A stretch of 64,000 bases of DNA from the NCBI GenBank assembly GCA_051362555.1, contig CM120640.1, forward strand, positions 58,816,788 through 58,880,787, read 5' to 3'. A model generated the notes under the pieces. It saw only the letters and a list, made by a program, of their open reading frames with translations. It searched no databases and was not told where the DNA came from. How positions within the stretch are numbered: the stretch's first letter is position 1; each line of letters opens with the position of its first letter. The position numbers and the translations under genes were made by a program. Source of the stretch: Lingula anatina (lineage: Eukaryota > Animalia > Brachiopoda). This document shows positions 24,007-60,601 of the stretch, piece after piece.

Positions 24007-27000
24007 TTAACATTAAAAAAGACGACAATTATAATTTCTAATTATATATTTCCCTCACCTACGATCATTTTCATGATGCGCTTCACGAGTGGGACGAGTA
24101 TTTCACCAGAGACGGGTGTTGTAAACAAAGGCCGGTCACTTATATTTGAAACCGGTAGCTTTAGTAGACTTAAACTAGTTATGTGATCTACGTACGCCCT
24201 ATTTGAATTTTAATATGACAACTGAAATCAACCGAATTGAAATTTTTTACCAGTCTGAGATCAGTTGTTTTCAACCCGCAATGCTTGCTCAGCGTCGAGG
24301 CGTAGACGTACTTCCGAAGAAAATTCAATCACCCGTATCAAAGAATACCAACTGGTACTCAAACGGAATTCAGTGTAACTTCAAATTACTTATAAGTATT
24401 TTTATTTAAAAAGCATGTCATATTCAAACATATTGAGAAAAGGCAAAATACGGAGCCTACCTGTGCCGATAGACATACAGTAGCCTAGGCCTATCTTGCT
24501 GGCACTCTTCCGATTTTCTTACTTATATACTCTCGCTGTGCACAAACCACGGTGCATATTGAAAACCCCACTGATACAACCCGAACCTAAAAAAAGCATT
24601 TAATTGCCATAATTTTCACAAAACAAGTACATTTATAATTTGACGCGAAAATTGAGCACATGCAGAAATGAAACCGGTCTTATCTGGTCTGGTCCAGCAT
24701 AGCGCAAACCACATGTTAATGAAGACGGTCCCATTTTGGGGGAGGGGGGTCACAGGAATGGAGTTCTTCGTGGATTACGCTAAATATCATCAACATTTCA
24801 TGCATCTGGGGAAATAAAAAGTGACTCACGGGTAACGTAAATATCCAGTGGAACTCTCTATGAAGCTTTCATTGAGTTAAGGAAGATGTCATTTTTATTG
24901 TTGACAAATCAGTTATCCATGTAGGTGAACAGCTACACGTGTTTGTCAGATTTTGACAGCGCGTGGTATTTGGCGCCAAGAAGTCTAGGCGGTCGATCCC
25001 GCTGATCTTTCGGTCGATTGTAGTAAATGTAAGATCTTGCGGTGTTGACTTCAAGAACGTTTCCCCATCTGCATATATATTTCAATCAAACTTGAAAATA
25101 AATTGCTTATTCCTCCCAAACTTTTTATTGCTAGCAATATATGGTCTATATGACGGTGTTTACGACGTATTCTACCCACTGTCGTTATTTGGTTTCATCC
25201 AGAATGGACCTTTTTTAAACCCCCCCTTCCCAATTTACGGGCTTGATGAATCAGTCAGCGAGGGCAAGTCTGCTTAATTAGCACAAATTGTATGTCTATA
25301 ACACTATTTTGTCATTGGGGACAAAGGGAATGACAGGTACGTCATGCTTCCAGATTAGATCTTCAATTAATAGTTTCTTCCTCATTGGCGAGAGCTATTG
25401 AAAGGACAACAATTGACAAAGGGCCCGGCATGCAGCATCTATATGACTGGCTTGAAAATTTACCGAGTCTTGCCGACGATGTGGTCGAACAATCGGAACA
25501 AGAAAAAAATTCTGTCGCATGATTTTGACGTATGGACTAAATGTTTGAGCCCAGAAAAATTAATTTTATAATATAATTTTTTTGGTCGGATTGACTGGGC
25601 CCGTTGAAATGCTTGGCACATTACCGTATGTAGAATGCCTGTTAACTTGCCTGGTCAGCAGGAAAAAATCGATGCATATTTGTACTGAGTTCTTTAATAT
25701 ACCACCGGGTATAAAATTACTTCTAAGGGCTCTAACGCAAACGTGAAGTTCCAAGTTCGGTACACGATTCCCGACTTGAGTTATGCTCAGAGAGAATAGC
25801 CACGCAACACCACTGTATCGTTACAAAATCACAAACTGAATTTTATTTGGCTTCGTAGCCTTCTTTATACTTGAAACCGGCGTGCCAGACCTTTAATGTT
25901 TACGAGTTTAAAGATAAGAAGAGCGTCTAAAGATAAGAGTGATTACTGCGATAGGGTAGAGGGAAAGAGCGTCTAAAGATAAGAGTAATTACTATAAACT
26001 AATTGAGCCGCGTGCACATGTATGTAGAATAAAAATTTGTGTGACTTTCATTGTGTGTATCCCCAGTGTACCATGGACTGCTGTAAAACTTTACAACATG
26101 GTGACCTGCATGACACATGTTGGATATGCAACCTTTAAGGTGGTTGTGCTCTCAAGACGGAGGTACGTTGAGTAGATTAATAATTTTGGCATTTTGTCTC
26201 TTCTATACACAGTGCACTTTAAATAACGTGCATGGAGTAACTATACCTTGGATTCTTTGGTTCCAAATATGCCCATAAAATGTAGTACAGGAGCTGAGCT
26301 GACTTATACCCTGATTTTAGCTGGCATCGAAAGGTTTAACAAATTGTGCAATATATACACACACACACACACAAGAGACAAAATGCCAAAATTATTATCC
26401 TACTCTACATACTTCCATCATGTTATTTCAGCCTCTTGACTGAGCCTGCTTGGACAAAGGTAATACCCAACTGTAAGGTCTACAATGTATTGCTCGCATG
26501 CAAGAATCATAATGGACATAACTTCCAGAGCTACCTTATTCATGAGAAAAGATAATATAATTTGGTAACCCCTCATGAAAAAATAAAACTTTTATTAAAT
26601 CAGTTATTTTATCAAATATTTGAAAATACAGCATGTGCATAAAAATTACATTGCATTTTTTTCCTTCTGATATTGCTACTACCATTCAATATCACAAAGG
26701 ACATACGTAATCATATCGTTTTGACTGACAGAGTAAACATGCTTTCTGTGAGAACAATAGATGTTCAGCCTTAAATTTGCTCTCAAAAGTATTAGGACTT
26801 GTATTTTCTTCAGTTTAATATGAAAAAGTACAACATTGTATTTGAAACGCACAGTTGTAAGCTTACAATTTTTTCTGCCATACTGCCGTACTCCTGTTAT
26901 TACATTATAAAGCATCACTTATTATATATATTACTGTATAGATACACAACTTCCTTACCTAAAACCATAGTTAAAATATTTTATATTCTCATTTTTTATG

Positions 27001-27381
27001 TACTATATATAAAATACTGATCGCAAAATAATCTAATGTAATACTTGAATGCTATTTGTGTTTGTTGTGCAAGACTAATTGAATCCTGATCCATTGTTTA
27101 ACCTTACGTTTATTTACACATTTACCTCTGGCAAAACTGTAATAATACTAGGATTTATGAAATAAGCATTTAATGGTATGCACTAAATCATTAATCAGAG
27201 ACCACAAATTTCACTTTTGTATCAAGATAAAAAAAAAAAAAATAAAATAAAAAAAAAACAACTCTGACCACTGTGGCAATATATTCTTGAGGTTAGAAGC
27301 CTCATTATTTGTATAGCGCAAAATAGATTTGCAATTCAAGAATAAACAATTCAATCATAATCAATTTCTTTTTGGGTCAAA

Positions 27382-40379
<12,998 letters not shown>

Positions 40380-40387
<8 letters not shown>

Positions 40388-40420
40388 CTTGTTCTCGTGC
40401 TTATCTCACGAGATTATTCG
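40380..40420 (-). promoter_or_regulatory. Housekeeping-type promoter motifs at SDR exon 1a
   Basis: CAAGATGGCTGC (YY1-like, overlapping the ATG) and TCTCGTGAGA (near-match to the TCTCGCGAGA palindrome); CpG-rich. Confidence 0.5.
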
Positions 40421-41851
40421 AACGGAAAGCGGGGACGGAGAAGGTTGAGGGAGGGGGGGGGGCGGATAGCTTTTTGCAACGGACAACATAATTGTCAATG
40501 TCAGGGATGTCAAAGCTTGAAAAAGTATAAATAACATAACATAAACCAATTAATTAGCATTTATTAAACAACAAACCCCAACTCAAAACCAATTGATTTC
40601 TAGGGTAAGAAATTCCAGGTACATTACAGATAATAGAGGGTGGGGGCAAGTGCATGTACTGGTACCAATACTTTAATTTCCCAGCAAATTAAAGTTTTGG
40701 TTTGTTTAAATAATCTTAATGAAGTAAACTTTAAGCCACTGTTTTACATCAGCTACCGGGAGTATATTCTAACAGAATACCAGAACATTCCACAATGATC
40801 AGGCTTAAAATATAAACAATATTGCATGCATGTTAAACATGTTTAATTAACATATCTGAGTAGCAGACTTTATACATTAATCTTTGCCATCATGAATCCA
40901 TTTTTTTTTAAATTTTGATCTACATGTATAAAATTAAATACATTTACTGCTTGTATTCAAATTAGAGTTGTGAGTGATTATGAGGAAAAATAAAATAAGG
41001 CCATTGCCATAGTACAAAACACCCAAAAATATGATAAATTTAAATTGTAATAATGCAAGAAATTGTAAAAGCAAAGCTTCTGTCTTTCATTCATTGCAGC
41101 AGTTTCAATTCAACTCATAAGTCCACTTCATCAAAAGACTGACTTTAACATACGTGTACCTCCTATATGCAAACACTGATGACATTTGCACCTCAACAAG
41201 AAGCCATGTCAAGACTGTTAGTGGGACTTTCATTTGTAAAATGATCAGTGTATTTCGTTAAGCATTCTTATCATCTGAAAGTTTTAATCAGCTGAGAGAT
41301 TGTGAGTTTTTGTCAGCAGTTCAACATATAAATGGTTCTTTTTTCCACAATCAATACCATCCCATAAAGTGAGGAAAAATATTCTGGATTGTGAAGCAAG
41401 GAAGTGTTCAAATTTCCTGATTTTAGTGCAGATAACTGAAAAGGCCATGCATAGGGAATCAATCTCTCCTCTTACAAACACCCACCAAGTGACCAAAGCA
41501 GGGAAGGGGCAGACCCTAAAATATGAATAAGCACGTAAAGTGGTATGGTTAGTTAAGTTACTGATTGACGTAAACTGACCAATATCTTAAAAGGGACATA
41601 TTATGTTCAAGGCACAACAGCACAGATTTTATGCACCTTAGAGGTATTAGGGATATACAGATATGGCAAAGGCTTGCTGAGAGATAAAGTCACAGAATGT
41701 ACTGGAAACTAAGATTTTAGCTTTAAATAAATTAAATAAATAAAAGAAGACAAAAGTCTCACCAGATGAATTCAATTAAGTATCAAAAAATAATAATAAT
41801 AATAAAATAAATAAATAAAAGAAAACTGCTGTGTGCAACAAATGCCAAGAT

Positions 41852-44527
41852 CTATGAAATAAATGTGGGAATAATTCTTGTAATAGTTTGTCTGCATACT
41901 GGGCACTTCTTCGGGTGTGGCAGTTGTTCAGCACAGTCTGCACATAGACAAATGTGTCCACATTCTAGAAGCACTAGCTCTCTAGGGTTAGAAAGACAAA
42001 CTACACAGAGTTGACTGTCAGGAGCAGAACCATCATCGTCCCCATTATCCCTTTGTCTTGTGGTTGTAGATGTCTGTCTGGCACGCCTTATTTCTTCATA
42101 CTCCTGGCTTTCGAGCCACTGTTTGTATTTCTTTCTTAGATAAAAAATGAGAAGAGCTAATCCCACTGCACTACACAATCCTGTGATCACTTTAAAAATG
42201 GTTCCTCTTTTTTCAAGTCGTTTAATGATCTCATTTTTACCTAGAGTTGACAAAATGTACTTAGCTCCTTGTACACGGGGTGGTTTAAGTTTCAATTTGC
42301 CATCTTCTAAACATATTTCTCCCACTCCAAGAAGATGGGTCCCAATCTTTAACATTTGTTCAGTTTCTTGGTATCCTTTCACAGTGTCACCCCACCAACG
42401 ATCAATGAGCTTAGACAAAGCTCCAGATTCATTAGGCACAAACTTATCATACGTAGTGTAGAAGCTTTCTTGAAGGTAGTTGGCTTCCAGTGGTGATATT
42501 ACAAGCATCTCTGGACTCATTGCAATCTCAGGATTTTTAATGAACATTGGGACATCATAGGTATGATCAATTATTGTCTTCACATCATCTGCCCTGGAAT
42601 GTAGGGTAATGTGTGAAGGAAACATTTGCTGCAAACATGTAACTTCAAATAGATATTCTAGGCACAGACTCACAACAACAAATATAACCATAAAACCACT
42701 CTTAGCAAGATCATTTTATTTTACATGTAATTAGCACATAATATGACATTTATTCAACTTGTATTATTGGACACATGTTGAAAATGTTTAATATATCAAA
42801 ATTAACCTTTAATATACAAATAACAAGCCTATTTTATGGAAATTTATGAGATCTTATGAGATTTATGAGATGGAGGAGCAAGATTACTTTTATTTTCTTG
42901 TTTACAATGATTGAACTTCTTTCTCAATTCATACATACCAAAATCCACCACCAGACTTCTTAGACCTATGTTCAGACTTTATTATTCTGTGAATAACACC
43001 TTGATCCTCAGTACGGTAATGACTTTGAAGAGGCGTGGATGTAGCATGCACCGTGCCTTCTATACATGCATAAGCAAGGTGTGGACTTTCTTGACCCTGA
43101 AGTTTCTGGACCAATTCATTGTTCAGCTCACATTGAGGTGCTTTCTACAAATGCATTTAAACAAGATTTTATGTTTGGACAAGGACAAGTTAGTAGAATA
43201 AAGCTATATTTCACATTAAAACTATGTCAAATGACTAGGGATAAGTTTCTTTCTACAAACTGATAATCTTTAATAAGACAGGTAGTTACAGACCTGATAA
43301 TTAATTTTTAAAATGTTTTCATATGCACTATAATTTATTACTAGGGTGTTTTTACCATTGTAACAGTTGTGGACTAAGAAACAAGAGGGATTCATCTCTA
43401 TGTTGCTTGGACGCCTTTTCAACATCACCAGTAAAGTTGGGTAACTATATTACTGCCAGCTTGTTACATGTACAAGTACATGTACAGGTACTGTATTCTT
43501 TCTTTTGCATTTTATATATATACTTTGCTGTATATCTAATGTATATAATGTTAAAATAAGCTAATATCTTACTTCCTTTGAGACATGATATTTAACCTTT
43601 GAAGTGTATTTTATGACTGTTCAGAATATTCACGAATAATTAAAATAATATTCTTTGATAACTTAAAGGTAGACAGTCAATTGACATTCAGGATAATCGC
43701 GCACGGGCCACTTTGTAAGGGTCAATTAGCTCAACAGCACAAAGGGGGGAGATAAACCTTTGAAGTGGGATTTAGTCTAAAAGGAAATAGCCTGCTCCAG
43801 GAAATAGGGTGACTAAATCTGGGCAGGGACGGAGATAGAAGAACTTCACTCGGTCTTGTATTATTTCCTTCTCGTGCTTAAAATTCCTGAATGATCTATA
43901 AATGCTGCCCTGTTTTAAGTATATATTCATATGGTGTTTTCGGTCTTCTCAATATCACACTAACTTTTGACACTAGAGAAACTAAGAAGGAATTATTATA
44001 CGAAATGGAGAGAACTCTCCACTACTGCATGTGTTTTTAGAAAGTGAATGTTAAAATTCATAATTACCTTGATCGAAACTTTGTTGTTCATTTCCTAGAA
44101 CCAGCGTGGCACTCAACAACTAACCCCAAGAACCAACAGGTTTTAACGCTATATCACAACATGCTCAAGGCCAGCTAAAAAGTTGGTACTTAACAAGACA
44201 AGGGGCCGGGGTTCGGGGGGGGGGGGGGGGGGGGGGTTCGAAAGACCCCCCTCCCCCTTTTGCCGGGAAAAAGTCCCCCCTGCTTAAGAAGGTTTCATGG
44301 TAAAAGGCCCACATTTTTCAGAAAAAGATCCCCCTTTTGAAATGGCTGGTTACGGGCCTGTCAAGTATACATTATTATTAAAGCTAGGACAGGTGGAGTT
44401 GAACACGGAATGAAACCGAACTCACCTTTAGCTTATTTGCTGATTGTGTATTGCTTTTGTATAATTCATAAAAAAGGTAAGTCAGCAAAATGTCGACCCC
44501 TAGGGCAATCAACTCTCCTTCTATCAT
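41852..44527 (-). CDS. MUL1: Mitochondrial E3 ligase MUL1/MAPL (TM-GIDE/BAM-TM-RING); exons 44527-44426, 43144-42939, 42593-41852
   Basis: N-terminal TM, AYACIEGTV, KGYQETEQMLKIG..LLGVGE, second TM, C3HC4 RING CVVC..CGHICLCADC..CPVCR. Confidence 0.93.
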
Positions 44528-44914
44528 GCTGCCTTGACGTTAAACACTTCAAAAATTAAGTTCCAAGTGTTCAGGAAACCGACCCACCAAAACTCTCTCG
44601 CACCTGTGCACCCCATGCAGAATGATCCCCTAAATTGTTTTCTGTTAACAATATTTCATTGATTTATCTCAAGTGCTATCAACTTATCTAATTATATTTA
44701 TAATTCATTGGATCTAAAATAACATAAAGATTAAATATAACATATTAATAACTTTTAAAATCTAATTATCCTGGAACAGATTTTCAAGATCAAATCCACG
44801 AATATATCTCTCGTAAATTCTCGTGAACAGGCGAGAAGTGGTTGTCAACGAAAATTGGTGTGCAGGAGATAGACTCACATTAGTGGTGTTTTATTTCACT
44901 TTTTTACTATAAAG
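44528..44914. promoter_or_regulatory. Bidirectional promoter region of MUL1 and DYNLT1
   Basis: Divergent ATGs separated by only 387 bp; TCTCGT motifs at ~44808-44827. Confidence 0.7.
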
Positions 44915-48775
<3,861 letters not shown>

Positions 48776-49580
48776 TGAGAAAGTTTCATTTGTTCCAAAA
48801 AGACGTTAACTACAAGATATTCAATAAATTGGAGATACACGACTGTAGTCTTTTAAATACATTTCACTATTGAAAAATCCATACCCCGCATTCCAGGGTT
48901 AAGTCCCCCATTACCACAAGCTTTTGTTGAAATTAGGAGAAATGCATAACACCCTCTACTTTGTATTCAAATGGTTATACTGTATGATAACAGGTGGGAT
49001 ATTGTCTGTGCATTTCCTCACAACACAGACAAAACCAAATTCTATCATTAAACACAAAAATGTTATTTTATTTGGGTTAATACCCTTTTTATTAACTTAA
49101 CAAGATGTATATAAAAATAATTTACTGTACATAAAAGTTGGGACAGTATTATTCCTAATATCTGAACCTCTTTTTTTGTACAGATAATCTGTAAGAAACT
49201 TTAAGTGTCACAAATCAGCAAAGAACTTGTACATTGATATTATTCTGAATTGTACTTTTATGTCTGTAGATTATAGTTACTTGTATTGCTTTATCCTTTC
49301 AGAGTATGTTGTTAATGTAAAGTGCTGTCTGTGTATGCCAGTTGTGGTCTTGAGTGCTTTTATCTTTTGCTCTGTATTGACATATTTAGAGTCTGGAACT
49401 GATTAGCTTTCTAATAAATAATAAATAATACAATAACATGACTTTGTGACTTGTTACTGGGGAATCTCATATTAGAACGTGATCTGACGGGTAGGATTTT
49501 CTTGCAAAAATTTGAGTGGATACAAATGCATTCCTTAAACAGTACATTTTCTTTTTAGGTAGATAAGTTCCTGAAAAGAG

Positions 49581-54794
<5,214 letters not shown>

Positions 54795-55190
54795 GGAGAA
54801 ATACTGTCCTTAGCACTGTGTCCTTAGTGTCCACTACCTTATCTTGTTCATACGGTTTGCTATGGATAGAGGGCGCTATAATGCAATATGTTACAAATGT
54901 TTAAATAGATAATATTACACTGATTGCATAATAGTATAGATTAATAAAACACTGAGTGCAACATTTGTTAATACAAAACAACATTGTTGGCTACGATTTT
55001 TTTGATCTTCTAAAATTGAACATGAGGAATACATTGCTATCAACATTCACTGCTGCCATCTATCTTCAGGCAAGCAAAATGGAGGGACATTAATACTGTT
55101 GCCATGTTTTATCTTTAAAAGATTCCTTCACAATTTCATTGTTTACTGATACTGCAGCTTAACAATCATGTGTTGCTAGGCAAGGTAAGT
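54795..55190. promoter_or_regulatory. Putative bidirectional promoter of CCDC174 and TAF12, with a non-coding TAF12 exon 1
   Basis: Consensus plus-strand donor AAG/GTAAGT at ~55184; acceptor at 56119 just before the TAF12 ATG. Confidence 0.55.
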
Positions 55191-56135
55191 AATAAATGTG
55201 CAATGTGTACCAAAGGTTTTGCTCTGAAATATTCAGTTAAGTCACGTTCAGGTGTGTCGATTTAAGAAATTTGTGTACTTGGGTACGTCCTTAATAGCTT
55301 TATATAGTCATAGAGCATGAAAGATATAGTAAAAATAACTGCACTTTTGCACTCTTCCTCACCCTATAGATCTTAGATTATGAATATTTTGCTAAATTAT
55401 GTGGCGACTTTAAACATTGCCTCTGCTACTCAAATTAGTTTGGCAATGTTTTGATGATTTGTCAAGAAACTTTATACCCATTCAAAATATTATGAAAGCT
55501 GATGCCACTGTAGGGGTATAATTCTGCTGTAATGACAGTGCATGGTCAAATACACTGTACCTTGAAAGTTAAATGAAAAAAGATTTAAAGTTAATTATAA
55601 AAAATCTTGATATAACTCACCATATAAATTCATTAAAATATCGAGATGGTGGGTGGGTGGGAAACTGATAAATACTTCAAAACTACTAAGATGACTTCTA
55701 GGTAATGCATTAAGTTCAATTTGTAAAATGGCTTCAGAATTTTCCTTCACATCTTGCGTCTTCACATTTTGTCACCAGTAGCACTTTTGAATTAAGTTAC
55801 TGTCATCAACTAGCCTATGTTTTGTGGCTGTTAATAAGTAACAGATAGGTTAAATCCTGATGAAGTATTGTATAATGCATGAAATATATTTGCATTTGCT
55901 TTTATACTGCATCATTTTGAAAGTGAGTCGGCATGTATTTGATTTATTAGAAACTTACCTATTTTTTTCCAGAAAAAAATCCTGTAACACAAGATATGTC
56001 AAAGATATAAATGTAGAGTAGTAATGCACTATGTCAGTGTAGCTTCAGTCTAAGCCAGAAATGTATGCCCTGCATGTTGATGTTTAGCTACAAACCTAGA
56101 CCATACATTGGATTTCCAGGCAAATTGCAGCAGAA

Positions 56136-59100
56136 ATGAGTACACCTGGCAGTGGCCCAACTGGGGCCAGCCCCTCTCCAGTAGGTGGCAGCACACCTAT
56201 CCGGCAACCAGGAACTCTTGCTGATACCATCAGACAGGTTGAACAGAAAATAGCTGTAAGCCAGACTTGAACCTGTTACTAGATTTTATACCTACCATCA
56301 CTTGTTTGTCATATAACAACACTTAGCACCTTATGTTACACTAAGGAGCAAAGGAACTGACTTTCACTCAAATCTAAGTTTACGAAAATCTGCAAGTGCA
56401 AGACTAAATTTTAAAACATTGGTGGATAATATGCCAGAATTTACAAAGAATTACAGCTTCATTGACTGCATTTTTAATTTGTCTTGGTCCATTTTCTTCG
56501 CTCTGTTGTGCTTTGTAAACTTATCATTTCTCAGTGCTAACTTAAAGAATAAGATGTCATGTAATTTCTTGCACTAACTTAATGAACTAATATTTTGCAT
56601 GTTGCTTGAGCTTTACATGTTTTACATGTGAAGAATGAGAGCTGCAGAAAACTGGCAGCTCTTAACAACTTTTTATATACAGACACTGTAAGTGTCTGTA
56701 TATATTATGATTGGTCTGTTTGTCCGTGTCCTCGCCAGCACTGTCCGACATTCGACATTTGCCCCATAACTGCCAAATCATATTTTTTTACTGAAAATTT
56801 ACTGAGTGGCTTTGTTTGGTAAAGAGGCAGGTTGCTATCAAAATTGAGCATGAGTGGTGTATATTTACGGTAATTATTCTATGTTGTGCACAATTTTGGT
56901 GATGTTTGCCCCACAACTTCCAAACCATATTTTTGTTTTACTTTAAATTTACTGAGTGGCATTGTGTGGTAAAGAAGCTTTCAAAAATCAGCATGATTGG
57001 GTTACCTTTGTGGCAATTATTCTGTTTTTTTTTTAATTTTATTTTATTTATTTATTTATTTTTATTTTTTATTTTTTGGGAAATTTTCATTTTCAGTCAT
57101 TTGCATTTTCAGTGGCTTGTATATCCCATGGAACTGAATCACTTGCTAGTTTTTCAGTGTCCAAGTTACATGTAGTACATAACATAAGAGAGTAAGAGTG
57201 ATTATGCTATTTTAAAGCATTATGTAACTATTGGCCAAAACATTATTTTGTGCACTTTTTTTCTACGTAATGTCTGAACACTTAGCAGCTTTGCTGCCTT
57301 GTTTCCTGTATGGTGTCTGTATATTTGCCAGCTTTGCTGTCTAGTTGAATATTATGTGCAGTTGTTAACCTGCAGTTCTTCAGTGTAAATCTTTGCAGTG
57401 GTTTAGAGATGAACACTTGAATATTGTTTGAAAAACATGGTTGGGGATCCAATTTATATTTTATCAAGTGCTTTATCAGGTTAAAGCATGCTTAACATAA
57501 AGATGGGTTTCATAAAAGCAAGAAACTAGAAGTGGTGTATGGATTTATTTTGGCACCTGGATAGCAACACATATTAAATGATTTCGTAGTTTGTTGTATC
57601 CTCAGTTATTTGTGCTTTTGATGTGGCTTATATTGGAACCCTTCATTTTGTTGCCTAGTGGCAAAACTGAATACAACTCCCTTGCCCCTGAGAAAAAAGA
57701 GAAATAATCCTTTCTTTCTCTAGTCCTATGGTCCTGGTCCTCACAGCATCAAACATCAAGAGGAGATTAGCAAGCTTAATCAACTACGGGCTAAAGCCAA
57801 AGAGCAGATGGTATGGTAATGGGCTTTACTGTCTTCATACAGTCTTTGTTAATATGGGATTGGTCTTGTAAGGTTCTGACTGGTTCTAGGGGTGTTTTAT
57901 GGATATAGACCACATGAGCATATTGTAGATGTAACATTTGTGGAGTAAAGGGAAGCATAACTGCACAGAAGTCTAACAGTGTGAAATTTAAATTTTGCAG
58001 TTGTGTGTAAAGACATATACACGTTTATACATGAATTTCCTAGAGATTTGGCACGGATACCATGACTAACATAAAGAATGCAGCACTATCAGATTTACTT
58101 TCTTTATGAATATGCTTTATATGATGTATGTAATGCAGTTAATGATGTATATTATGAAGAAATATCTTTTTTAAATTGTATTATGACCACTTCTGAATCA
58201 ATTTGAATAAATGAAAATTTCAGTTTGCCCAGAAATCTCAGGCGTCAGAAGGTGCCTCTGCCTCTTCCCTCAATAGTCTTGGTGGTGCGTCTGTACCCAT
58301 TCGTCCAGCACCACAGGGACCAGGTGGGTTAATGCTGGGTGAGAGCAGGGTGCTGGACAAGCGGAGGCTCCAGGAATTAGTCAAGGAAGTTGATCCATTG
58401 GAGCAACTAGATGAAGAGGTGGAAGAGGTGTGAAGATGCAGTTGGTTTATACTTCACTATGTTGAATTTTTTCTGATGCTAACATTTTTAGTAAAATATT
58501 TTTCTAACAGCAAAATATTTTAAGATATGGATTTTTTTTTAGTGATGGGTGATGTAAAATCGTATTTCTTTGTTTTACTATTATTTTCATGTATGAATGA
58601 TTCTAGCTCATTTGCATTGATTTTGATGATGCAATCACTCTTTTTTAGGTTCTTATGCATATAGCAGATGACTTTATAGATAATGTAGTAAATGCTGCCT
58701 GCCTGTTGGCCAAGCACAGGAAAGCCAATACGTTGGATGTGAAAGATGTGCAGTTGCACCTAGGTAAAAAGTTGTTATATCTCTACAGTACTCCTTTTTG
58801 ATATCTTTAATGTTGGTACTTATATTGGTCATGTATTTTAGATGGCCATAATTTTTTGATTGTATTTTTTCCAACTACTAAAAAAATGGACAACTGATTC
58901 CAAACTAATTTGATTTCATTCTTGAATGCTGCTACAGCACAGATATCTTGTTTGTCTATTCTGTTTGCTCAGTGGTGCTCTTAATAGTCATATCCACATT
59001 TACTCTACAATATTTACCTTTTTATGTGACATTTGTTTTCCAGAGCGTAACTGGAACATGTGGATCCCAGGCTTTGGCTCTGAGGAAGTAAGACCATTTA

Positions 59101-59171
59101 AAAAATCTGTAACAACAGAGGCACATAAACAGAGATTGGCACTCATCAAGAAAACTTTAAAGAAATATTAG
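56136..59171 (+). CDS. TAF12: TFIID/SAGA subunit TAF12; exons 56136-56255, 57724-57810, 58224-58427, 58649-58763, 59044-59171
   Basis: Histone fold VLDKRRLQELVKEVDPLEQLDEEVEEVLMHIADDFIDNVV..HRKANTLDVKDVQLHLERNWNMWIPGFG; the first two exons are supported by splice signals and phase only. Confidence 0.95.
56670..57346 (+). mobile_element. Older relative of the HINE family in a TAF12 intron
   Basis: Head TTTTTATATACAGACAC-TGTAA-GTGTCTGTATATA; tail TGTCTGTATAT plus CAGCTTTGCTG hairpin plus CTAGTT. Confidence 0.75.
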
Positions 59172-60412
59172 TTGCATTATTCATTAGATATTAAGATGTA
59201 TATTTCACATTTTGCTTGAAGAAAGACTGTATGTACACATATGCACTCTGATACTCTGGATATGACATCTGGGCTGAAGGATCTCAACACATTTTCAATT
59301 AACTGTGTAAATCTTAGCTGTTTAAGTTGCTTGATATTCTAGATTGATTGATTAATTGGTGGATTATTGTCGACTTGCGAATGACATCGTGCACTTGCAC
59401 TCTAAGCATTTTAGGACTTCCATGGTCAAACCATTCTGTTGAACCAGTGGTCTAAACACAAGGTTATTGGCTGATTTAATATAATTGTATTGTTCTTGCA
59501 TCAAAAAGATGGCAGAATTCTGTAAGAGAGTTTGGATTTGTTATTTCTATGAAGCATCACAACTGCTTCCCATGGAAGCTGTGTGCACTGGATCAGCTGT
59601 AAAACTTTTTTTTTTTAATACAAAAGCTATGACTTGATGATAATTTTGTAAAATCAAGATTTTTGTCATTTGTATCGATGGGGTCTTTATTAAGTGATGT
59701 GAAACATTAGTTAATTGCTATACTTTTGTAATTAATGCAATATTCAAGGTGACCGTATGTTGGAGTTTTGTATTTTCCCAAATGATCATGAATGATAACA
59801 AAAACAATCATATATTTAGAGTTGTAAATCTAACAAAATCAATATTAAAGGATGTATACCCTTGAATGTAGGGTAGTGTGCCTTGAAGTGCAGAATAATA
59901 CACAGAATCCAAGATTTCTCCTTATTTCGGTATTATTTTTGGGTTACTTATTATTGGTGCATGAAAAGGACTATGCTGATCAAAATGTTGATAATGGGTA
60001 TAGCTGGAATTGTCCACAGGTTTAATTTTTTACCTGGAAGTGTATAACATCAATTGGGCATAGAAAGTAATCAATTTGGGGAATAAAAGCTGCAGATGTC
60101 ATCACAAAAAATGGTGTAGTTATCAACAGAAGGAGAATCTGGTACATTTTTGACAAGATTTCTTTCACCAATGTGAGGCAGTTTTGTTTACTTAAGTCCA
60201 GTGATATTGATGTAATTTAATGTTAGGCAGGTGTTTTTGAATTACTTTTTCTCCAACCAATTTTTATTTTCATTAGAAATTGGAGGGGGTAAAATAAAAA
60301 AATGCCAAAATAATGACTTTTTGTCACTTTAAAAAAACATTTTAAACAACGTAAACCTTAATTTTAATCTTCTAAAACCATATCTCAAGGCAGTAAGAAC
60401 AGTGGTTCTAAT

Positions 60413-60601
60413 AGAGCATTTACAACAGGGATAATCCAGGGACTAACAGATCTGTGGATCAAATGTGGCTGACCCACTTGAAAGCTTGCTGCATAATTCC
60501 CCCAACAGACACTGAATAGATTTCCTGCAGGAATTATGTGGCTAGCTTTCAAGTGGGTTGGCTAATTTTGATGTGCGAATGACCTCTGTTGTAAATGTGG
60601 C
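60413..60601. repeat. Foldback MITE-like palindrome
   Basis: CATTTACAACAG/CTGTTGTAAATG and ACCCACTTGAAAGCT/AGCTTTCAAGTGGGT arms. Confidence 0.7.

Noticed and set aside
25909-25995. Short direct repeat AAGAGCGTCTAAAGATAAGAGT (two copies)
   Set aside because: Only two copies; consistent with a local slippage duplication.
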